64,000 nucleotides of DNA from assembly GCF_003334765.1 (NCBI RefSeq), contig NZ_QOWT01000006.1; one strand, given 5' to 3'. Every line of letters begins with the position of its first letter. Within the stretch, counting starts at the first letter, position 1. The stretch comes from Escherichia coli. GTDB lineage: Bacteria > Pseudomonadota > Gammaproteobacteria > Enterobacterales > Enterobacteriaceae. The position numbers and the translations under genes are program-made. The notes beneath the pieces are model-generated. The model saw nothing but the letters and a program-made list of their open reading frames with translations. It was not told the origin of the DNA and searched no databases. Positions 58,201-64,000 of this stretch are shown piece after piece.

Positions 58201-61036
58201 CGGCGTTATAAATAGTTATAACACCGCCCAATTGGTTAATTGCTGTTGCATTTTTCCCTGCACCACTATAACTATCAGTACCAACTCCCACACCTGTACC
58301 GAAGTCAATGGCGCTGTTGCTAGCTATATCTCGCATTGCGGTAGTGTCATTTGCATCTACCCACATAGAATCCAGTGTAATTTTACCCTGATTTTCTGCT
58401 GTTGAATCTGCTATAGCAAGCATGCCGACACTACCACGACCATACAAATCAATGATGCCGCTGTCAGTATTGATAATTGTGCTATTCGATTGAGCGACTA
58501 ACCCTGTTATGCTACTGACATCGTTATTAAAAATAAATGAATTCGATGTGCCCGTTGAATACTTGTTAAATACGCTATGTTGTTCCGTCACTTTACCTGT
58601 GATCGTACCTGCATTAGTGGCGCTCCCTCCGTTAGTAGCCAGTAAAACAATGGGAGACGGTGCCGGATCTTTACCATTTTGTAATAACGAGATCGTGCCA
58701 CTATTTATACCTGTTGTATTTTCACCAGTAACAAAAGCAAAACCTAAATTCTGAATTTCAACAGTACCTTTATTAACAATTTTCGCACCGGAATCAGCAT
58801 AAGTAAGTTCTGGGGTTCTTGTCCCATGATGTTCAAAACTGTCAATATCCTGCATTGTTAGCGTAGCGCCACTGCCAATTTCCAGCAAAGCTTTATCCTG
58901 TACCCGAATAACCCCGGCAAACCCCAGAGGGAATTCTCCGCTGATTGTCGTATCTCCATTCAGATATACCGACGACTCACCACTAACGACAATAACGCTG
59001 GTATAACTATATCCTGTGCGCAAGGAAGTAACCTGCGACCCATCTGCAAGCGCGTTTTTCTCTCCAATCAGTTCAAGTCCACCATTCATATTAACGGTAT
59101 TGCCATCGCCAATCACAACCAGACCTGACGTTTTCTCTGCGCTGCCATCAAATAAATTACTCTGACGAGAAGTAACCTCACTGTCTGATACAACAGTTAA
59201 CTTTCCATCCAGCGTCACGTTATTATCACTGCCGTAAACGTTGATACCCACGGATGGATCGAAGAAATATTCCGCCGCATTGTCTGCGGTTTTATCCTTA
59301 TCAACCAGAACGTTACCAGTGATATTCACTGTATTCGCATCGCCAGAAACGTTTATGCCCGTCGCTTTCTGCCCGACCACTTTTAGATCTTTTGCCGCCA
59401 GCGTCACGCTGTTATTGTTGCCATTAAGATCTACCCCGGTCGAGAAATCGCCAACCTGCATACTGCCTGCCAGCGAAACCTTCCCACTGTTGGTTGTGAT
59501 GCTGAACCCTGTCGCTTCATTGCTAACGTTAACATCACCCGTATTGGATACTGTTGCCCCCTCACCGTTGATGAGCACGCCAATCGATCCAGTATCGGAA
59601 ACAACAATATCTCCTTTGTTGTTAACCGTGCCGTTGTCACCAATGTTCTCAACACCATGCGCACCGCCTGTAACAGTCAGGCTACCATCCAGATTTACAA
59701 TGCCGATATTGCCCGCGATTTTGGTACCCGTGGAATCTTTTCCATCAACAGTGGTTTTTCCACTGTTATTCGCGGTGGCGTCGTTACCGTTGATCTGAGT
59801 GCCGGTGCCGCCATTGGTGATAGTGCTCTCGCCTTCGTTATTGACGATGGCCTGGTCGCCGTCAATCTGGATACCGATGGACTCCGGATCGGTGACGGTC
59901 ATGGTGCCCTTGTTATCCACCGTTGCGCTGTCGCCGGTGATATCAATACCGTGACCGCCGCCGCTGACATCCAGATCGCCGTCCTGAATAACTTTTCCGT
60001 TATTACCGTTGATTTCCGTACCGGTGGAATCCTTGCCGTCAACGGTGGTTTTGCCGTTGTTGTTTGCCGTGGCGTCATCACCATTAATCTGGGTGCCGGT
60101 GCCACCGTTGGTGATGGTGCTCTCGCCTTCGTTATTGACGATGGCCTTGTCACCGTCGATCTGGATACCCATGGACTCCGGATCGGTGACGGTCATGGTG
60201 CCCTTGTTATCCACCGTCGCGCTGTCACCGGTGATATCAATACCGTGACCGCCGCCGCTGACATCCAGATCGCCGTCCTGAATCACTTTCCCGTTATTAC
60301 CGTTGATTTCCGTACCGGTGGAATCTTTACCGTCAACGGTGGTTTTGCCATTGTTGTTTACTGTGGCATTATCACCCGTAATAACAAGCTCACCGTTGTG
60401 ATTATATTGCCACTTCGTTGCGCCATCTGCGCTCACCCCTTCAAGGGCAACAGTGTTATTCGCTTCATCAATCTGCCAAAGATTAATCGTTGCCTTACGA
60501 CCATTGCTATCTTGCAGAGATATAGTCCCGTCAGCATTCTCGGTATAAGTAAAAACTGAATCGCGAATAGTTAACGTTTTTTCTGTTTTATCGAGAATAA
60601 CGTCATTATTAAACGAAACCGGTTTGGGAGGTGTAGGCGTATCATCCGGATCGTCCGGTATTATCTCATCTCCGCCAGGAGTTGGGGGAACTGGAGTGTC
60701 GTCTGATTCATCATCAGGGGGTGTCGGTGGGAGTGGAGAATTGTTGCGATGATGATGATCATCATCGTCGTTTAGTTCCACTACGGCTAAGGCCGTGATT
60801 AACGCAGCAGCGCCTGTGGAAAGCCATGGCATCAGGTTTTGTTCGACTAAAGGAGAGCATTCAGAGGGTAAGCGTTTAAGCTCTTCCGGACTGAGTTTTC
60901 CTGGGTCTGCCGGACAAGTCACATTGGTATTTTTCTTTTCACCTGTGGTGGTTTCTACCTCTGTGATATCTGCCGCCCAACCCTGACCACTCAGAGCTAA
61001 TGCAATACAGGCCGACAATAGAGTTTTCCTTTGCAT
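55268..61036 (-). CDS. ydbA: type V autotransporter (large repeat-rich passenger plus C-terminal beta-barrel), uninterrupted
   Basis: 1922-aa ORF with a signal peptide (MQRKTLLSACIALALSGQGWA), a Pro/Asp-rich linker, a Gly/Asn/Thr-rich beta-helical passenger with tandem repeats, and a C-terminal barrel ending ..NFKKTF. Confidence 0.85.
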   Translation of the reverse strand: MQRKTLLSACIALALSGQGWAADITEVETTTGEKKNTNVTCPADPGKLSPEELKRLPSECSPLVEQNLMPWLSTGAAALITALAVVELNDDDDHHHRNNSPLPPTPPDDESDDTPVPPTPGGDEIIPDDPDDTPTPPKPVSFNNDVILDKTEKTLTIRDSVFTYTENADGTISLQDSNGRKATINLWQIDEANNTVALEGVSADGATKWQYNHNGELVITGDNATVNNNGKTTVDGKDSTGTEINGNNGKVIQDGDLDVSGGGHGIDITGDSATVDNKGTMTVTDPESMGIQIDGDKAIVNNEGESTITNGGTGTQINGDDATANNNGKTTVDGKDSTGTEINGNNGKVIQDGDLDVSGGGHGIDITGDSATVDNKGTMTVTDPESIGIQIDGDQAIVNNEGESTITNGGTGTQINGNDATANNSGKTTVDGKDSTGTKIAGNIGIVNLDGSLTVTGGAHGVENIGDNGTVNNKGDIVVSDTGSIGVLINGEGATVSNTGDVNVSNEATGFSITTNSGKVSLAGSMQVGDFSTGVDLNGNNNSVTLAAKDLKVVGQKATGINVSGDANTVNITGNVLVDKDKTADNAAEYFFDPSVGINVYGSDNNVTLDGKLTVVSDSEVTSRQSNLFDGSAEKTSGLVVIGDGNTVNMNGGLELIGEKNALADGSQVTSLRTGYSYTSVIVVSGESSVYLNGDTTISGEFPLGFAGVIRVQDKALLEIGSGATLTMQDIDSFEHHGTRTPELTYADSGAKIVNKGTVEIQNLGFAFVTGENTTGINSGTISLLQNGKDPAPSPIVLLATNGGSATNAGTITGKVTEQHSVFNKYSTGTSNSFIFNNDVSSITGLVAQSNSTIINTDSGIIDLYGRGSVGMLAIADSTAENQGKITLDSMWVDANDTTAMRDIASNSAIDFGTGVGVGTDSYSGAGKNATAINQLGGVITIYNAGAGMAAYGASNTVINQGTINLEKNGNYDDSLAANTLVGMAVYEHGTAINDQTGVININVGTGQAFYNDGTGTIVNYGTICTFGVCQSGNEYNNTDDFTSLIYTGGDTITRSGETVTLNKSAAVTDKLAGNVVNSGTLSGDQITVSSGLLENTSGGIINNLVKLDKGAVIKNAGVMTNNVDVSGGILNNAGEMTAQITMNAGADSSLVNNTGTINKIVQNAGVFNNSGSVTGRMMSAGGVFNNQTDGAIMRGAALTGTAVANNEGTWNLGSSSEGNNTGMLEVNNNSAFNNRGEFILDNDKNAVHINQSGTLYNTGHMNISNSSHNGAVNMWGGNGRFINDGTIDVSAKSLVVSANNAGDQNAFFWNQDNGVINFDHDSASAVKVTHSNFIAQNDGIMNISGTGAVAMEGDKNAQLVNNGTINLGTAGTTDTGMIGMQLDANATADAVIENNGTINIFANDSFAFSVLGTVGHVVNNGTVVIADGVTGSGLIKQGDSINVEGMNGNNGNSSEVHYGDYTLPDVPKPNTVSVTSGSDEAGGSMNNLNGYVVGTNVNGSAGKLKVNNASMNGVEINTGFTAGTADTTVSFDNVVEGSNLTDADAITSTSVVWTAKGSTDASGNVDVTMSKNAYTDVATDASVNDIAKALDAGYTNNELFTSLNVGTTAELNSALKQVSGSQATTVFREARVLSNRFSMLADAAPKVGNGLAFNVVAKGDPRAELGNNTEYDMLALRKTIDLSESQTMSLEYGIARLDGDGAQKAGDNGVTGGYSQFFGLKHQMSFDNGMNWNNALRYDVHNLDSSRSIAFGNTNKTADTDVKQQYLEFRSEGAKTFEPSEGLKVTPYAGVKLRHTLEGGYQERNAGDFNLNMNSGSETAVDSIVGLKLDYAGKDGWSASATLEGGPNLSYAKSQRTASLAGAGSQHFNVDDGQKGGGINSLTSVGVKYSSKESSLNLDAYNWKEDGISDKGVMLNFKKTF
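59816..60403. repeat. two tandem 294-bp (98-codon) near-identical repeats inside ydbA, flanked by more diverged copies
   Basis: Copy 59816-60109 versus 60110-60403 is about 95% identical by eye; encodes repeated NNGKTTVDGKDSTGTEINGNNGKVIQDGDLDVSGGGHGIDITGDSATVDNKGTMTVTDPES... units. Confidence 0.8.
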
Positions 61037-61197
61037 AATAAATCCTTCTGGCGAATATAAAGAAAGCCGGATGCACTAACCCGACCAATTAGTTATTTAA
61101 AACATAGAAGACATCCAATATTGCCAGTAGATTATTATCTAATCAAACATACTTTCCTATAATTCACAATTATAATTCAGGTGAATAAAAAAAGACC

Positions 61198-61263
61198 ATG
61201 AAATATATAAATTGTGTATATAATATAAATTACAAATTAAAACCACATTCTCATTATAAATAA
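61198..61263 (+). CDS. ynbG: 21-codon micro-ORF (MKYINCVYNINYKLKPHSHYK) in the AT-rich ydbA-paaY intergenic region
   Basis: ATG to TAA seen directly; size and location fit the small protein ynbG as I recall it. There is no strong Shine-Dalgarno, and neither the sequence identity nor expression is verified. Confidence 0.35.
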   Translation: MKYINCVYNINYKLKPHSHYK

Positions 61264-61299
61264 TTATATGATGAAAAAACGGTATGAATTAATACTCAA

Positions 61300-61340
61300 A
61301 TAAATAAAGCAGAGCTTAAACATAACTCTGCTTTATAATT
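61300..61340. terminator. hairpin aagcagag-N11-ctctgctt with T-rich flanks between the micro-ORF and convergent paaY
   Basis: Inverted repeat seen directly; T-rich sequence follows on both strands. Confidence 0.4.
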
Positions 61341-61366
61341 AAAGGGACAAAATAATTTTACATCTG

Positions 61367-61957
61367 TTACTGTTTCGGTCGCAGATTCTCATCAAATACC
61401 AGGCGTTTCCTGCCAGGTTCAATTTCCCGCAATGGCTCGACTTGATGTAACGTCTGCTTACAGCGTGTCACCAGCACCTGGTACTCATGCGTACCCTGCT
61501 TTTTCCATGCCAACTCCTGCTCACTGAGTTCACGAATCGCTTTCGCCGGGCTGCCGACAATCAGGTAATTAGCTGGCATTTCTGCTTTGGCTTTCACAAA
61601 TGCGGATGCACCAACAATGCTGTTCTCGCCAATCACCGCACCGTCCATCACTACCGCGTTCATTCCCACTAATGCATTGCGGCGGATAATGCAGCCGTGA
61701 AGGATAGCGCTATGACCAATATGTCCATCTTCTCCTACAACAGTATCCTGCTCGGGAAAACCGTGCATAACGCAATTATCCTGAATGTTCGCGCCATCTT
61801 TCACCACGATACGACCAAAATCGCCACGCAGGCTGGCATTTGGCCCAACGTAAACGCCCTTGCCGAGAATAACATCGCCGATCAATACCGCTGTCGGATG
61901 GACAAAACTCTCTTCTGGCACAACCGGAGTCAGACCGTCTATCTGATAAATTGGCAT
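61367..61957 (-). CDS. paaY: hexapeptide-repeat protein of the phenylacetate cluster (acyl-CoA thioesterase-like)
   Basis: 196-aa ORF with a left-handed beta-helix repeat; follows paaX with a 19-nt overlap. Confidence 0.85.
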
Positions 61958-62889
61958 AACGCCTCCTGTTCAATATTCAAGCCGCCAAAACGTTGAAAAT
62001 ACAGGCTTCCCGGCGCAGGCAGTTCACCGACCGAGGTTTCACCTTTTTCACTAACGAACGCTAAAGCAGCAGGCGCTACGCGCTGATAAATGTTGATACA
62101 CAGCTGACGCGCCGTATGCCCTGCCCAGTGTGCCGGAAGCAACTCCTCCGGCAACAATGGGTCTTTAAGGACGACACGGCGATAAAAATGGATCAGTAAA
62201 AGCTGAATATGAAATGCCCGCTCCGGGGTTAACTCGTCTGCCGCCTCTTTTAAAAGCGGCACCAGCGGGCGGAATGACTGAATAAAGGTTTCGTACATGG
62301 CATTTTGTTCAGTTAAATGCCAGCACTCTTCTACTCTGGCACGCAGTGCTGCGCGAGAAAGCGCCAGTGGTATTTGCGCTTCAAAACAAATCACGTTATC
62401 CGCCACACCCGCTTCATGCAAAAGTGTCTGTACATCGGCCAGTTTTTGCGACGGCGATGCCATCAGGCTGGGTGCCAGTGCGCCAAAACCTTGCCAGATC
62501 AACTGCTTTTTGACATCAGCCAGCGTTGATTTATCTAAACCTTCCGAGAGCAACAGGAGCCATTTACCATCCCATGCAGGTTGCTCTGCGCGATAAATTT
62601 TACTTTCTGCCCGTCGCGTCAGGCGCAAGCCTTTATCACTGAGGCTATAGAAACTGCGTCGCCCGATGCGGGAAACATCCAGCCAGCCTTCTTTATTAAG
62701 ACGAAACAAAGCGGTGCGCACGAAACGCTCACCAAATCCCAGCCCTTCCAGCAAAGCAGCCAGACTACCCAACCAGATTTCACCACCACGATGGGAAAGC
62801 GAATCACCATACAGAGAGGAGATCAAAGATGTGCCACTGACCGGAACAGCGTTTACAGCATGTTGGATAAAAGTATCAAGTTTACTCAT
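61939..62889 (-). CDS. paaX: phenylacetate catabolism transcriptional repressor
   Basis: 316-aa ORF ([29 protein letters not shown]...). Confidence 0.85.
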
Positions 62890-62989
62890 TCGCTTCAGTC
62901 TGTTGTTATTGTTGTGATTTATGAATCATAGCACAGGTCGTATCGACTTCTGGCCCTGGCGCTTTACCCCACCAGGGCCAGACGATACA

Positions 62990-64000
62990 TCAGGCACCAA
63001 CAATATTGCGCAGATCAAACACCCGACACGCCTTGCCTTCTGAACGCGGGATACTGCCACAGTTAACGATCATCACATCGGTAGAGATCCCCACCATCGA
63101 CTTAATCCGATGGCGCAGCTGGTGGCATACCTGGCAACGCTGCTCATGCGTCAATGTCAGGCTACTTTCTTTCAACTCCACTTTCACAGAAAGTGAATCA
63201 AGATGCCCCCGGCGGTTCACCTCCAGTTGGTAATGCGGCGATAAATGTTCGAATTTGACAATCTCTTCTTCCAGTTGTGACGGAAAGACATTTACACCGC
63301 GAATAATCAACATGTCATCGCTGCGTCCGCTGATGCGATCCATGCGGCGCATAGTCCGCGCCGTTCCTGGTAACAGTCGGGTTAAATCACGCGTGCGGTA
63401 ACGAATGACCGGCAATGCTTCTTTGGTCAGCGTGGTGAATAACAGTTCGCCATGTTCACCATCGGCAAGCGGTGTGCCGTCATGAGGATTAACAATTTCA
63501 GGATAGAAATGATCTTCCCAAATGGTTGGGCCGTCGGTAGTTTCCAGACACTCCATCGCCACCCCCGGCCCCATCACTTCTGACAGGCCATAAATATCCA
63601 GTGCGGTGATCCCCAGGCGACGCTCAATCTCTTTACGCATGGCCTGTGTCCACGGCTCAGCACCAAATACTCCAACCCGCAGCGAGCAACCGCTGGCATC
63701 ACCGCCCAACTGCCGCTCCAGCTCTTCAATCAGGTTAAGGCAATAAGATGGCGTAACCATGATCATATCTGGTTGAAAATCACGGATCAGTTGCGCTTGT
63801 TTTTCCGTCTGCCCGCCAGACATCGGGATCACCGTAGCGCCCAGACGTTCGGCACCATAGTGCGCACCCAGCCCACCAGTAAACAGGCCGTAACCATAGG
63901 CAACATGAATTTTGTCTTTGGGCGAGCCCCCTGCCGCACGCAAAGAACGCGCTACAATATTGGCCCAGTTATCAATATCGTTTTGCGTATAGCCGACAAC
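62990..64000 (-). CDS. paaK: phenylacetate-CoA ligase, C-terminal part; the 5' end lies beyond the window
   Basis: The frame is open to the window edge; the adenylate-forming enzyme C-terminal domain is present. Confidence 0.85.
   Translation of the reverse strand, partial: VVGYTQNDIDNWANIVARSLRAAGGSPKDKIHVAYGYGLFTGGLGAHYGAERLGATVIPMSGGQTEKQAQLIRDFQPDMIMVTPSYCLNLIEELERQLGGDASGCSLRVGVFGAEPWTQAMRKEIERRLGITALDIYGLSEVMGPGVAMECLETTDGPTIWEDHFYPEIVNPHDGTPLADGEHGELLFTTLTKEALPVIRYRTRDLTRLLPGTARTMRRMDRISGRSDDMLIIRGVNVFPSQLEEEIVKFEHLSPHYQLEVNRRGHLDSLSVKVELKESSLTLTHEQRCQVCHQLRHRIKSMVGISTDVMIVNCGSIPRSEGKACRVFDLRNIVGA

Noticed and set aside
59816-60403. The tandem repeat region as a possible CRISPR array
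   Set aside because: The period is 294 bp with no short repeat-spacer alternation, it lies entirely within a coding frame that translates into repeated protein units, and no cas genes are nearby.
55433-60559. Long plus-strand ORFs inside ydbA (for example 55433-56041, 56663-57157, 59241-59798, 59657-60559)
   Set aside because: They are antisense to the autotransporter gene. The repetitive codon composition of ydbA produces long stop-free stretches on the opposite strand, and none has a ribosome-binding site or family resemblance.

Overview
This window is Escherichia coli chromosome, syntenic with the K-12 32-33 min region in reverse orientation (paaK-paaX-paaY ... ansP-yncG-yncH-rhs remnant). 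All gene names are assigned from recognition of the translated ORFs and of gene order, not from a database search. Almost everything is core genome, densely packed and mostly on the minus strand: about 58 protein-coding genes, 4 pseudogenes, 2 putative small RNAs (rydC, sokB), one IS200/IS605-family element, two toxin-antitoxin loci (hicAB, hokB/mokB/sokB) and an orphan toxin (ortT). I found no CRISPR array, tRNA, rRNA or prophage, and no clear foreign defence island. I did not find a compelling undescribed multi-gene system; the best candidates for poorly understood biology are the ynbABCD lipid-enzyme operon with ydbD, the IS-encoded TnpB nuclease, the MocR-regulator/ABC-importer/aldehyde-dehydrogenase block, and the intact repeat-bearing ydbA autotransporter. 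The strain is probably not K-12 MG1655, because ydbA is one uninterrupted 1922-codon ORF here (from memory it is IS-disrupted in MG1655). The ORF track appears to print M for GTG/TTG starts, so several starts were moved to internal codons to match expected protein lengths.
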